Assembly (NCBI GenBank): GCA_002269645.1
Contig: NIVC01001973.1
Coordinates: forward strand, 62,001-126,000
Source of the DNA: Macrostomum lignano
Taxonomy: Eukaryota
Reading direction: 5' to 3'
Length of the DNA stretch: 64,000 nt
Shown: piece after piece, positions 38,346 to 51,220 of the stretch
Position numbering within the stretch: the stretch's first letter is position 1
How the letters are laid out: each line of letters opens with the position of its first letter
The notes under the pieces: generated by a model
The model's input: the letters and a program-made list of their open reading frames with translations, nothing else
Database searches by the model: none
What the model was told of the DNA's origin: nothing
Made by a program: the position numbers and the translations under genes

Positions 38346-38844
38346 AGGAGGATGGAGGGAACGCATGCCGTGATTAGCGAGGCGGACACAGGGAGGCGGG
38401 GTCCAGCGGCTCAGAACAAGGACTGTTAAAGAAGTATAGAAACTGGATTGGAAAAGCTCAACTGCTATGTGTATCTGAACACAGGACGTCTAGCAGTCCA
38501 TGACCGTCGGGACCATATTAGAAATTCCAAATTGAAGCTGACAACCAATGCTTTTGGCGCATATTAAGTTAGGATCATTATACATGTAAGGGACAGTGAT
38601 TTCATAAGAGGAACTGAAGAAATTCAATACTTGTCTTATGTGATAGGAAGAAAGCTCTAGAATAGAAGATTCGATACTAATACACCTTGGCCCTGCAAAA
38701 CTGTCACTGTATTTTAGATGCAACTTTCTCTACTGCTTCGGATTCTAATTTTAACATTTTTAATTTCGCTTTTCGATCGATCAGCTTTTTGGAATCGATC
38801 AGATTTATGCAAATTGTATGCTGCAATCTGGATTGATGGCTTTC

Positions 38845-40140
38845 TCTCTGTGTTTACTCTCTGTCTCTTAGGTGTCTGTTCTCTCTTATCTCTGTATCTA
38901 CTCTCTCTTATGTCTACATATACTCTCTCTTATCTCTGCATATACTCTCTCTTATCTCTGCATATACTCTCTCTTATCTCTGAATCTACTCTCTCTTAGG
39001 TCTGCATATACTCTCTCTTATCTCTGCATATACTCTCTCTTATCTCTGCATATACTCTCTCTTATCTCTGCATATACTCTCTCTTATCTCTGCATATACT
39101 CTCTCTTATCTCTGCATATACTCTCTCTTATCTCTGCATATACTCTCTCTTATCTCTGCATATACTCTCTCTTATCTCTGCATATACTCTCTCTTATCTC
39201 TGCATATACTCTCTCTTATCTCTGCATATACTCTCTCTTATGTCTGCATATACTCTCTCCTATCTCTGAATCTACTCTCTCTTATCTCTGCATCTACTCT
39301 CTCTTATGTATGAATCTACTCTCTCTTATGTCTGCATATACTCTCCCTTATGTCTGCATATACTCTCCCTTATCTCTGCATATACTCTCTCTTATCTCTG
39401 AATCTACTCTCTCCTATCTCTGAATCTACTCTCTCTTATCTCTGCATCTACTCTCTCTTATGTATGAATCTACTCTCTCTTATGTCTGCATATACTCTCC
39501 CTTATGTCTGCATATACTCTCCCTTATCTCTGCATATACTCTCTCTTATCTCTGAATCTACTCTCTCTTATGTCTGCATCTACTCTCTCTTATCTCTGTA
39601 TCTACTTTCTCTTATCTCTGAATCTACTCTCTCTTATCTCTGCATATACTCTCTCTTATCTCTGAATCTACTCTCTCTTATGTCTGAATCTACTCTCTCT
39701 TATCTCTGAATCTACTCTCTCTTATCTCTGAATCTACTCTCTCTTATCTCTGTATCTACTTTCTCTTATCTCTGAATCTACTCTCTCTTATCTCTGAATC
39801 TACTCTCTCTTATCTCTGAATCTACTCTCTCTTATCTCTGAATCTACTCTCTCTTATCTCTGTATCTACTTTCTCTTATCTCTGAATCTACTCTCTCTTA
39901 TCTCTGAATCTACTCTCTCTTATCTCTGAATCTACTCTCTCTTATCTCTGTATCTACTTTCTCTTATCTCTGAATCTACTCTCTCTTATCTCTGCATATA
40001 CTCTCTCTTATCTCTGAATCTACTCTCTCTTATGTCTGAATCTACTCTCTCTTATGTCTGAATCTACTCTCTCTTATCTCTGAATCTACTCTCTCTTATG
40101 TCTGAATATACTCTCTCTTATGTCTAGCTTCTCTCTCTTA
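38845..40140. repeat. 22-bp minisatellite (CTCTCTCTTATCTCTG(CATATA/AATCTA))
   Basis: Direct repeats. Confidence 0.97.
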
Positions 40141-40699
40141 TATCTGTATCTACAGTATATGCACCACTCTAATCTATATTTATATTCTCTAAACTCATAT
40201 TTTCTATCCTCACTCACTTTCACATATTATTGACTCGACTAATCAGTCACCAGGGTCTATTCTTGAGCCGCCGAGGCAGCATAAAAAATTAGTCAAATAA
40301 TTGGCTGCACAGGCAATTGGGCGGTGCGGTGGGGGGGGGGTTGTTATTGCCATGGTCGCCAAGCCCAAGAGAGATCGAAATTGGCTGCGCCGAGACGAGA
40401 AGAGTTGCGTTGACGCTTGGAAAGTCAATAATCTTATAAGTAATTGGCGTAGCTCGCGTATATAGAGAAGGGAAGAAAGGGAGAGGGTGAGAAGCACTGG
40501 ACCCCGAGGGGGCAACCGCTCCCCCCCTTAGTCAGTTAGATTAGGACGCAATTGTCTATGGCCAAGGAACACTAACAATGCGAAATCTGGATTGGTAAAG
40601 CTTAGCAATTTATTTTCAAGTGCAATATTACTTACTGCTGGATTTCAATTTTAAATCTCTTCTCTGAATACACTCTCTGTAGTTTCTGAATTTCATTCT

Positions 40700-41225
40700 C
40701 ATATCTAAATCTCACCCTCTCTTATCTCTGAATCTCACCCTCTCTTATCTTTGAATCTCACCCTCTCTTATCTCTGAATCTCACCCTGTCTTATCTTGGA
40801 ATCTCACCCTCTCTATCTCTGAATCTCAGCCGCTTTCATTTCTGAATCTCACCCTATCTTATCTCTGAATCTCACCCTCTCTTATTTCTGAATCTCACCC
40901 TGTCTTATCTTGGAATCTCACCCTCTCTATCTCTGAATCTCAGCCGCTCTCATTTTTGAATCTCACCCTATCTTATCTCTGAATCTCACCCTCTCTTATT
41001 TCTGAATCTCACCCTCTCTTATCTCTGAATTTCACCCTCTCTTATTTCTGAATCTCACCCTCTCTTATCTCTGAATCTCACCCTCTCTTATCTCTGAATC
41101 TCACCCTCTCTTATCTTTGAATCTCACCCTCTCTTAACCCTGAATCTCACCCTCTCTTATCTCTGAATCTCACCCTTTCTTATCTCTGAATCTCACCCTC
41201 TCTTATCTTTAAATCTTACCCTCTA
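40700..41225. repeat. 23-bp minisatellite (ATCTCACCCTCTCTTATCTCTGA)
   Basis: Direct repeats. Confidence 0.95.
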
Positions 41226-41719
41226 TTATATCCGTGTACGGCCTCTGTCTCTACCATACAATCGTACACCGCTAATTCTAGTGGTCCTTGGTCCAGACGT
41301 GCGCCCATGAGGCTTCTCAATCTTCACAATCCAAATCCTGCATCTAGAGCACCCTGTCCGCAGCTTCACTGAAGTGAATAACATTCAGGCTACTGGAATT
41401 AAGCATTGAGTTGCAAGATAGGCAGAAAATTGCAATCTGGCAAATGCTAAGCATAGCTAGACTTCGAATTTAGACTGCCCACCCCCTCACCCGGCTCCGA
41501 AATCAACAAGCCGTATGATATTGTTTTTATTTTTATACACTTTATTTTATTCATTCATTTCAGCTCACCAGATCTGGCGTGAAATGCGACCTCACCCGAA
41601 CAAAATTTAGCGGATGGCTAGGTTGATGGGCACGCGGTTGGAGTCTCTCCTGATGGGGTCTCACGGTCTGGCATCGCATTCCCAGTTAAAAAAGCTAACA
41701 TTGGCGTCTTACATTGCCG

Positions 41720-41882
41720 CCCCGAAAGCATCGGCGCCCCGAAAGCATCGGCGCCCCTAACATTGGTGCCCTTAACATCGGCGCCCCAAGACCCGGCGAC
41801 CATAACATTGGCGCCCCTATCATCGGCGCCCTCTATCATTGGCGCCACTATCATCGGCGCCCCCCAAGCATCGGGCGCCCCT
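41720..41882. repeat. Short degenerate ATCGGCGCCCC array
   Basis: About 9 degenerate copies with a GGCGCC core. Confidence 0.8.
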
Positions 41883-42134
41883 AACCATCTGGCAGTCATA
41901 AAGGTCATGGCAGAGACGGGGTCTCATCTCACACGCTCTAATCTAACATCATCTATAAGTGACATAAGCCAACCAAAAATTAGCTTTCAATTGCCAATAT
42001 TGCTACTGTTAGTAGCCGCTTATCACGTGCGAATATATAGTTCAGATATAAAATTTTCCAGGAAACGGTCGGTACTCCTAGCTCCAAATCTTAATTACTC
42101 GCCCGAAACCACATACTTTATTTCTTGACACAAC

Positions 42135-42497
42135 TTCCTAACTCTCCCGACACAACATCCTGACTCTCCCGACACAACATCCTGACTTTCCCGACACAAC
42201 ATCCTGACTCTCCCGACACAACATCCTGACTCTCCCGACACAATATCCTGACTTTCCCGACACAACATCCTGACTCTCCCGACACAACATCCTGACTTTC
42301 CCGACACAACATCCTGACTCTCCCGACACAACATCCTGACTTTCCCGACACAACATCCTGACTCTCCCGACACAATATCCTGACTCTCCCGACACAACAT
42401 CCTGACTCTCCCGACACAACATCCTGACTCTCCCGACACAACATCCTGACTCTCCCGACACAACATCCTGACTCTCCCGACACAACATCCTGACTCT
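42135..42497. repeat. 22-bp minisatellite (CTCTCCCGACACAACATCCTGA)
   Basis: Direct repeats. Confidence 0.97.
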
Positions 42498-42984
42498 CTG
42501 CATTCTGACCCACCGACCACCGAAATCACCCATCTGTCTCCTGATCCCGCGTGTAAACAGATCATTTTCCGCGTCATGTACTTTTTTGGCGACATTTTGA
42601 GTTCTTATTTGTTAAAACTAGCTACTGTTTTAGTTTTAGCTTGGATAAAAATATCCGGCTTTAGCTTTCTACTCACAATTGGCGTAATTAGGTGTGAAAG
42701 CAGTTGTTTCGGCTTTTAACAAAATGTACTTTTTTGTTATGAATATATTTGACATACTGGAATGCGTATAGGATGTCATTTTAAATAGGTCAACCTAAAC
42801 ATTGAGATAATAACCAAAGAATTATGATATGAATCATAAAATTATGATTCACAGTAAAGTCACATCGTAAGATTGTAAGCTATATCTCACTTGAAGTTTA
42901 TGAGTTCAGTCTCTCTTTGACTGTGAGCCACACAATGAAATCACGAGCTTAGTTTCCCATTCACTGTGAGATCCTAAGCTTAGT

Positions 42985-43460
42985 CTCACCACGAGATCCC
43001 AAACTTAGTCTCATTCTGAAATTTAGAGCTTAGTCTCACCGTGAGATCCCGAGTTTTTTCTCACCGTAAGATTCCCAGCTTAGTCTCTCTGTGAGGTCAC
43101 GAGCTTAGTCTCAACGTTAGATTCCGAGCTTACTCTCTATTTGGGATTCCGAGCTTAGTTTCACCGTGAGATTCCAAACTTAATTTTACCGTGCGATTCC
43201 GAGCTTAGTCTCACCGTGAGATTCGAGCTTAGTCTCACCGTGAGATTCCGAGAGCTTAGTCTCAATTTGAGATCCGGAGCTTAAGTCTCAGTGTGAGATC
43301 ACGAGCTTAGTCTCACCATGGGATCCCGAGCTTAGTCTCACCGTGAGATTCCGAGTTTAGTCTCACCATGAGATTCCAAGCAATTAGTCTCACCGTGAGA
43401 TCCCGAGTTTAGTCTCACCGTGAGATCCCGAGTTTAGTTTCACCGTGAGATCCCGAGCTA
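42985..43460. repeat. ~25-bp degenerate minisatellite (TGAGATTCCGAGCTTAGTCTCACCG)
   Basis: Direct repeats. Confidence 0.92.
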
Positions 43461-43984
43461 AACTACCTATAAACTGACATTTCTTGAACTGAAACTACTA
43501 ACAGTAAAGTAAAAGCAAAATTGTTTTACCGTGAGTCTTAGTATGGCCTACTACAGGTGGGGAAAAGTCTACAGAATAGATCATTTATTCGATGGAAGAC
43601 AGAACCGCCCTAAAGACGCACGACCCGTCAGTGGCTATCATCAGTAAAGGCAGAGTGAGGATCGCTCAAGCAGAACTGGGATTCTATTGTTCTATTGTGC
43701 CAGAATAATACGAGCTACCTTGGCTTTGCTCAAGTAGTCAAGGCTTGAGCTACTTGTGTCTGAGTCAAGCATCCACTTCAATCACAGACTGTTCTATTCA
43801 AGAAATAAACTCGGATTCCGTCTCCGCCCCCAGGGGGGGGGGTTCTCAGTGTAGCAGCTCCCAGCACCTGACAAAACCTCATCAGTGGTGTCGCTATGGA
43901 TGGCTTTTATGGTTAGGGTGACAAAGCCAAGAATTCTGCACGACAAAATTGCTGCATTATTTTGGGAATCGGTGTTGTTAGCAC

Positions 43985-44665
43985 TCCTTTTGGCGCCGAA
44001 TCCAGACACACGTACCCATTTTGGCGCCGAATTCAGACACACGTACCCATTTTGGCGCCGAATTCAGACACACGTACCCATTTTGGCGCCGAATCCAGAC
44101 ACACGTACCCATTTTGGCGCCGAATTCAGACACACGTACCCATTTTGGCGCCGAATCCAGACACACGTACCCATTTTGGCGCCGAATTCAGACACACGTA
44201 CCCATTTTGGCGCCGAATCCAGACACACGTACTCATTTTGGCGCCGAATTCAGACACACGTACTCATTTTGGCGCCACAGACAGGCAACTCATTTTGACG
44301 CCGTAGGCAGGCAACTCAATTTGGCGCCACAGACAAGCAGCTCATTTTGACGCCGTAGGCAGGCAAATCAATTTGGCGCCACAGACAGGCAGCTCATTTT
44401 GGCGCCACAGACAGGCGACTCATTTTGGCGCCACAGACAGGCACTCATTTTAGTGCCGCAGACAGGCACTCATTTTAGCGCCGCAGACAGGCAACTCATT
44501 TTGGCGCCGCAGACAGGCAACTCATTTTAGCGCCACAGACAGGCAATTCATTTTAGCGCCACAGACAGGCAACTCAATTTGGCGCCACAGACAGGCGATT
44601 CATTTTGGCGCCACAGACAGGCAACTCATTTTGGCGCTACAGACAGGCAATCATTTTGGCGCCGC
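43985..44665. repeat. Compound TTTTGGCGCC array: 31-bp units (43985-44275) then ~26-bp units
   Basis: Direct repeats CATTTTGGCGCCGAAT(T/C)CAGACACACGTACC, then TTTTGGCGCCACAGACAGGCAACTCA. Confidence 0.96.
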
Positions 44666-44949
44666 CTCATCTCCAGCTGCTTGAGAACTGCTTGACAATG
44701 CTTCGACGAAAGCGCACTTGGTTGGGGATACTCTAATTTGATTCTCTTAAAGTCAAAGTCAGAAATTTAATATCTCGTGAATAATTTGGTTATTTCTTAA
44801 AAATTTATGCACCTTTGCGTCTGCAATTTCAGCAAAAATTACACTTCAAGTCAAACAAAGCATACTTATAGCTAGATTTTTTCTGAAGAATCAGTCAGGC
44901 AGTCAGTTTAAAATATAGATAATTTTAACAACCCAGTGCGTGTGACTGT

Positions 44950-45240
44950 CTATCAACTGTCTATTCACTGACACATAACTGTCTATTCACTGACACATAA
45001 CTGTCTATTCACTGACACATAACTGTCTATTCACTGACACATAACTGTCTATTCACTGACACATAACTGTCTATTCACTGACACATAACTGTCTATTCAC
45101 TGACACATAACTGTCTATTCACTGACACAAAACTGTCTATTCACTGACACATAACTGTCTATTCACTGACACAAAACTGTCTATTCACTGACACATAACT
45201 GTCTATTCGCTGACACAAAACTGTCTATTCGCTGACGCAA
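44950..45240. repeat. 22-bp minisatellite (ACTGTCTATTCACTGACACATA)
   Basis: Direct repeats. Confidence 0.97.
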
Positions 45241-45879
45241 AACTAACACCCCACACCCACGCGAGAGCCTACTCCCACCCACACGTAGGCAAGTACCCTG
45301 CCACCCACACAAATTTATCCACCCACTGCTGACACTCGCCCTTCTGCCAAGCACAAAGTCATCCACCCAGCAACCCCCACACTCAGCCTTCAGCTCCCGC
45401 CCATGCGAATCCAGCCGTGCAATTTCAATGCCAGTCGCTAGTCTCGCAGCAACAATAAGAGTGATAAGGCTTCAAGGCTTTAAAGCAATTGGCATGCGAG
45501 TTCTCCTGGCATCCTCAGAGAGCCAATCCTTGAGCAGCTGGTGCCCCAGCCAACTCCAACCTCTCAGGCCAACCGATGCAGTAACTCAAGTCTTAATATA
45601 GACGAGTTGCTTCACCCACTCGGCTGCTTGTCCCAGAGGAGAAATATTCCCAGCAACAAGATAGAGTTGAGAAAGTCAGGAGTTGAAAAGCAACCAGCAG
45701 CAGTCATAGTTGTGGAGAAGACGCTCAAGTAGACGCCCACGCAGACGTCACTGCTGCATCTTGAAATTCAATAAGTTTCTACAAATCCAAATTCCTGTCG
45801 ATAATCATCTAGCTAGGTAGCAGTGCTCTCAAGAGTTGGACAGCTCAAGAACAAGTGCAGCAGACAGAACCAATCGAGT

Positions 45880-46188
45880 ATGCAGTTTTTCACAGAAGTC
45901 GCCATCTGCTGTCTATTGCTGACCGTGCCGACAGTCAAAGTCTGCGGCATGGCTGCGACAATCGACAATGAGGATGATGGCGACATGAACCAAGCGCTGG
46001 AGAGTCAACGCAGCATCCAGGACGGTGTCGAAGGTGATCTACTTTGGATTCTGAAGGCTGCCAGACGGCAGGGCAAGCGGTCCTCGGGTCTGCAGCTGCC
46101 AGCAAAGTACAGCGACTTCGTAAAGGACTGGGCAAAGGAGATGCGCTATTCCACAACCAATATCAGGTATAGGTGCGGCTTGCACTGA
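45880..46188 (+). CDS. Small secreted protein, candidate neuropeptide/peptide-hormone precursor (102 aa if unspliced)
   Basis: Hydrophobic N-terminus MQFFTEVAICCLLLTVPTVKVCG, acidic spacer NEDDGD, Gly-Lys-Arg amidation/cleavage site (RRQGKR), second peptide SSGLQLPAKYSDFVKDWAKEMRYSTTNIR; non-repetitive, GC-rich relative to the flanks; AATAAA at 46403. Confidence 0.65.
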   Translation: MQFFTEVAICCLLLTVPTVKVCGMAATIDNEDDGDMNQALESQRSIQDGVEGDLLWILKAARRQGKRSSGLQLPAKYSDFVKDWAKEMRYSTTNIRYRCGLH

Positions 46189-46669
46189 CTGACGTTAATG
46201 ACAAATTAATGTCCACCAAATTAATATCTGCACCGTTCATTTGCATTGCAGATGGTAAGACTAACCTACCAAAGCAAGTTAAGACAAGCCTCGCCGATCG
46301 ATTGATTGTGTCTTTTAAAAAATTAACACAATAATGTAACATAAAAACTTGAAAACTCAATTGTAACTTAAGCCTTGTTGAAAAATATAACTCAAACCAC
46401 TTCAATAAATAAAATACATTAAATTAATTAAGAAAACTACGCACGTAGTATCGCTTCACTCGAAAAAAACTGGAAGTCGATATCGAGTTCGAATTGTCCG
46501 AAGCTAAATGGCATTTGTTTCGAGTTGGCCACGTTTTGCTTGTTGGAGTTGCTATCGGTATAGGGATAACACTGGTACAAAGCAAACTATGTGAAGGCGA
46601 CAGTCCGCTCGCAGACAGTCAGGAGGTAGGCCAGTCTTGCCTATAACAGCGAAAACCGAAATACAGGGA

Positions 46670-47310
46670 CCCTAAGCCTACTGCGACCCTAACCCTAAAC
46701 CTAATCCAGAACACTAACTCTTAAACCTAATCCATAACCCTAATCCATAACCCTAATCCAGAAACCCTAATCCAGAACCCTAATTCAAAACCCTAATTCA
46801 GAAGCCTAATTCAGAATCCTAATCCAGAACCCTAATCCAGAATCCTAAACCACAAACCTAATCCAGAACCCTAATCCAGAACCCTTATCTAGAACCCTAA
46901 TCCAGAACCCTAACCCAGAACCCTAATCCAGAACCCTAAACCAGAACCGTAAACCAGAACCCAAATCCAGAACCCTAAACCAGAACCCTAATCCAAAACC
47001 CTAATTCAAAACCCTAATCCAAATCCCTAATCCGCGACCCTAATCCAGAACCCTTATCCAGAACCCTAACCTAGAACCCTAATCCAGAACCCTAAACCAC
47101 AAACCTAATTCAGAACCCTAATCCAGAACCCTGATCCACAACCCTAATCCAGAACCCTGATCCACAACCCTAATCCAAAACCCTAACCTAGATACCCTAA
47201 TCAAGATACTCTAACCTAGAACCCTAATCCAGAACCCTAATCCAGAACCCTAATCCAGAACCCTAATCCAGAACCCTAATTCAAAACCCTAATCCAGAAC
47301 CCTAATCCAA
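46670..47310. repeat. Telomere-like 13-bp repeat (CCCTAATCCAGAA; reverse TTCTGGATTAGGG)
   Basis: CCCTAA recurs about every 13 bp; the array begins with ACCCTAACCCTAA. Confidence 0.92.
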
Positions 47311-47910
47311 CAGCAGGTCAACGCAGGTCAAGTTATTGATACACTGGCTTATTTAAGCTAGTTTCAAGACATACAGCATTCGAGAAATATACTCTTAAAT
47401 TACTTCCTAACTTTGGAAAGATAGATTTAGGAAAGAACTCATTTCTTCGCCTAAAAGAGATTTGTTCTGAAACTTCTCAAACACGATGATGTTTCGAAGA
47501 GATTGCATGAAAATCATGTTTGCGTGTAACAGTAGAACTCCCAAGAGAATTAAGGGAGAATTAAACACCAACTTTTAGTTTTATAGTTTACAATAATATT
47601 AGCCGCACCGGATTTTCGTGATTAAGATCGTGATTAAATTGCACAGGGTAGAGTTATTATATTTTATACTACAATAGTACTGCTTGCACTTTATATAGCG
47701 AAGGTGGGAGTGGCACTATATTTATTCTATTGCTCGCTAGCATGCATAAAACTTCAACAAAAGACAATGAAAACTCATAAATAAGTGTTTTACGTAAGCG
47801 AAATAAATATCACAATAAGCGGTGGATTTTTTAATTAACTAGAAAGCTTGAGTCACAGGCCACACTGCTAATGTACCATTAAAAGTTCTTTATCATTGAG
47901 TTGTTCTATA

Positions 47911-48498
47911 CTGTCCGTCAAAAGTTCCGGAACCCTTGCTACAATGTCTTCTAGCGGACATAATTTCAGTCCGTTTCAATTGTAACTTGATTCAAATGAA
48001 AGCTGCGGATCTCAGCTCCATGATGTGGTCAAGAAAAAGTTTATTCGAAGGAGCGCGTGTGAACAGGCCAGTGTTATGTACATAAAGGTTAGAGAAAAAA
48101 AGTGAGGAAAAGACAAACAAGCAATTGACTCTCCCATGAAAGCTGACTGCACAAGAATCCATAAGAGCCTGTTGATTTCAACACAAGTTTTGGCCATAGA
48201 CTAATGTTAGCCAGGCTGAACACTGCGCGCAAACCGATTCCTTCCCATGTGTGTTTGCTCCATAGACTCAGCAACCATAGACAATTGCTTGTTTGTCTTT
48301 TCCTCACTTTTTTTCTCTAACCTTTATGTACATAACACTGGCCTGTTCACACGCGCTCCTTCGAATAAACTTTTTCTTGACCACATCATGGAGCTGAGAT
48401 CCGCAGCTTTCATTTGAATCAAGTTACAATTGAAACGGACTGAAATTATGTCCACTAGAAGACATCGTAGCAAGGGTTCCGGAACTTTTGACGGACAG
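47911..48498. mobile_element. Tc1/mariner-type MITE with 217-bp near-perfect TIRs
   Basis: 47911-48127 is the reverse complement of 48282-48498 (two differences seen, both at CpG); 154-bp spacer; TA on both flanks (47909-47910, 48499-48500). Confidence 0.88.
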
Positions 48499-48979
48499 TA
48501 TATAAGAGTTTTACTTTACTAAGCAGAATCAGGCTGACGGGCAAATGCTTTTATATATATATATACGGGCTATAAATATATGCAAAATTGATTGACAGAT
48601 TTGAACATGCGCGCAAGTCTATCGACACGGATTCTGTGAGATTATCGCAGCATATCAAAAAGCATATTCTTAGCTTATCAACAACATGGCTACAGGATAT
48701 TCAACGCTTCAGTCAATGCGAGTTCATCGAAAAAACCAAGGACCCTGAAAAAGAAACCGAATCGAAATAAACTGGTCGATGGAGAAGAGATCCTCGAATT
48801 ACAAGCTGTGGCAACACGCGCTGTGAAAAATTAAAGTAGACAGTCGTGCAGGCGACAATGATGATGATTACATTCTTTGACGAAGTGGCAAACAGATATT
48901 TTGGGTCAATATTTAAGTCAATGCTGCACTGGCAAAACGCAAAAGAAAAATTCTCGCTACATTCTATTGAAAAGCAAAT

Positions 48980-49490
48980 CGTCAAGATCTACCACAAGTA
49001 TCGTCAAGATCTACCACAAGAATCGTCAAGATCTACCACAAGTGTCGTCAAGATCTACCACAAAGTGACGTCAAGATCTACCGAAAAGTATCGTCAAGAT
49101 CTACCACAAAGTATCGTCAGGTCAAGATCTACCACAAGTATCGTCAAGATCTACCATAAAGTTTCGTCAGGTCAGGATCTACCACAAAGTGTCGTCAAGA
49201 TCTACCACAAAGTGTCGTCAAGATCTACCACAGAGTATCGTCAGGATCTACCACAAAGTATCGTCAAGATCACCACAAAGTGTCGTCAAGATCTACCACA
49301 AAGTGTCGTCAAGATCTACCACAAAGTATCGTCAAGATCTACCACAAAGTGTCGTCAAGATCTACCACAAAGTGTCGTCAAGATCTACCACAGAGTATCG
49401 TCAAGATCTACCATAAGGTATCGTCAGGTCAGGATCTACCACAAAGTATCGTCAAGATCACCACAAAGTGTCGTCAAGATCTACCACAAA
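48980..49490. repeat. 22-23-bp minisatellite (GTCGTCAAGATCTACCACAAAGT)
   Basis: Direct repeats. Confidence 0.96.
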
Positions 49491-50204
49491 ATGGAAGTGG
49501 TATTAAAAAAAATGTGCCATATCTACCAGTAAGAAGTGGATGTGCACTTGCAGGAGGAATGAAAATATGAAATAAATTCATCGACAAAAGGCAGACGGCA
49601 TAATGATTTATAAAAGCATAGAAATAGTCTACATGTAGACTGCGTCTTTATGAGGCCAGACTGAAATTACCAATTTAAATTAGGGGCCACAAACAGGGAT
49701 TTCGTAGAATCATCAGACGACACCATACGAGCGTACAAGTCAAAATGATAAAATCTTAACAATCCAATAAACTCAACGCTTACATACTACGAGCGCTCGT
49801 ATAACCATAAGGACTACATTGAGGCATCTAAATTTAGATCTACAACAACAGAAATTTATCCCATAGGACTCGCAAAGCTGAACTAACCCCAATCGCTAGT
49901 CTTCACTAACGTATATTGTTACGACGGGCCTCGTTTTCTGACATGTCAAATTTAGAAAGTCATAAAAATAGATTAATATATATAATACAAGGCTCTGCTG
50001 CGGCATCCCGCGTATTCAAAATCGATGATGCAATAAAATACTGCTGTACTTGCAGGCACCCATTGATCCACTCTCGAGTGCATGAAGATAGGCAACTGCT
50101 AAATACAATGGCAACCCATAATACTGTTCAAGCTTTATCAAGTATTCACGTAGAGAATATTTATTTTAAAACCGCCAGTACAAAAGAGAATTTAATTAGA
50201 TCTG

Positions 50205-51220
50205 TCACAATTGACTGCCAGTGTCATTTGACTGTCAGTGACATTTGACTGCCAGTGTCAATTGACTGTCAGTGTCAATTGACTGTCAGTGTCATTTGAC
50301 TGTCAGTGTCATTTGACTGCCAGTGTCAATTGACTGTCAGTGTCATTTGACTGCCAGTGTCATTTGACTGCCAGTGACAATTGACTGCCAGTGTCATTTG
50401 ACTGTCAGTGTCATTTGACTGTCAGTGACAATTGACTGTCAGTGACATTTGACTGCCAGTGTCATTTGACTGTCAGTGTCATTTGACTGTCAGTGACATT
50501 TGACTGTCAGTGACAATTGGCTGCCAGTGTCATTTGACTTCCAGTGTCATTTGACTGCCAGTGTCATTTGACTGTCAGTGTCATTTGACTGTCAGTGTCA
50601 TTTGACTGTCAGTGTCATTTGACTGTCAGTGTCAATTGACTGCCAGTGTCATTTGACTGTCAGTGTCAATTGACTGTCAGTGTCAATTGACTGTCAGTGT
50701 CATTTGACTGCCAGTGACAATTGACTGCCAGTGACATTTGACTGTCAGTGACAATTGACTGCCAGTGACAATTGACTGCCAGTGTCAATTGACTGCCAGT
50801 GTCAATTGACTGTCAGTGTCATTTGACTGCCAGTGACAATTGACTGCCAGTGTCAATTGACTGCCAGTGTCAATTGACTGTCAGTGTCATTTGACTGCCA
50901 GTGTCATTTGACTGTCAGTGACAATTGACTGCCAGTGTCATTTGACTGCCAGTGTCATTTGACTGTCAGTGTCATTTGACTGTCAGTGTCATTTGACTGT
51001 CAGTGTCATTTGACTGTCAGTGTCAATTGACTGCCAGTGTCATTTGACTGTCAGTGTCAATTGACTGTCAGTGTCATTTGACTGTCAGTGTCATTTGACT
51101 GCCAGTGTCATTTGACTGCCAGTGTCATTTGACTGTCAGTGTCAATTGACTGTCAGTGACGTTTGACTGCCAGTGTCAATTGACTGTCAGTGACATTTGA
51201 TTGTCAGTGACAATTGACTG
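50205..51220. repeat. 17-bp quasi-palindromic minisatellite (TTTGACTG(T/C)CAGTGTCA)
   Basis: About 60 direct copies. Confidence 0.97.

Noticed and set aside
48846-49570. 228-aa ORF and overlapping ORFs
   Set aside because: Mostly translation of the 22-23-bp array.
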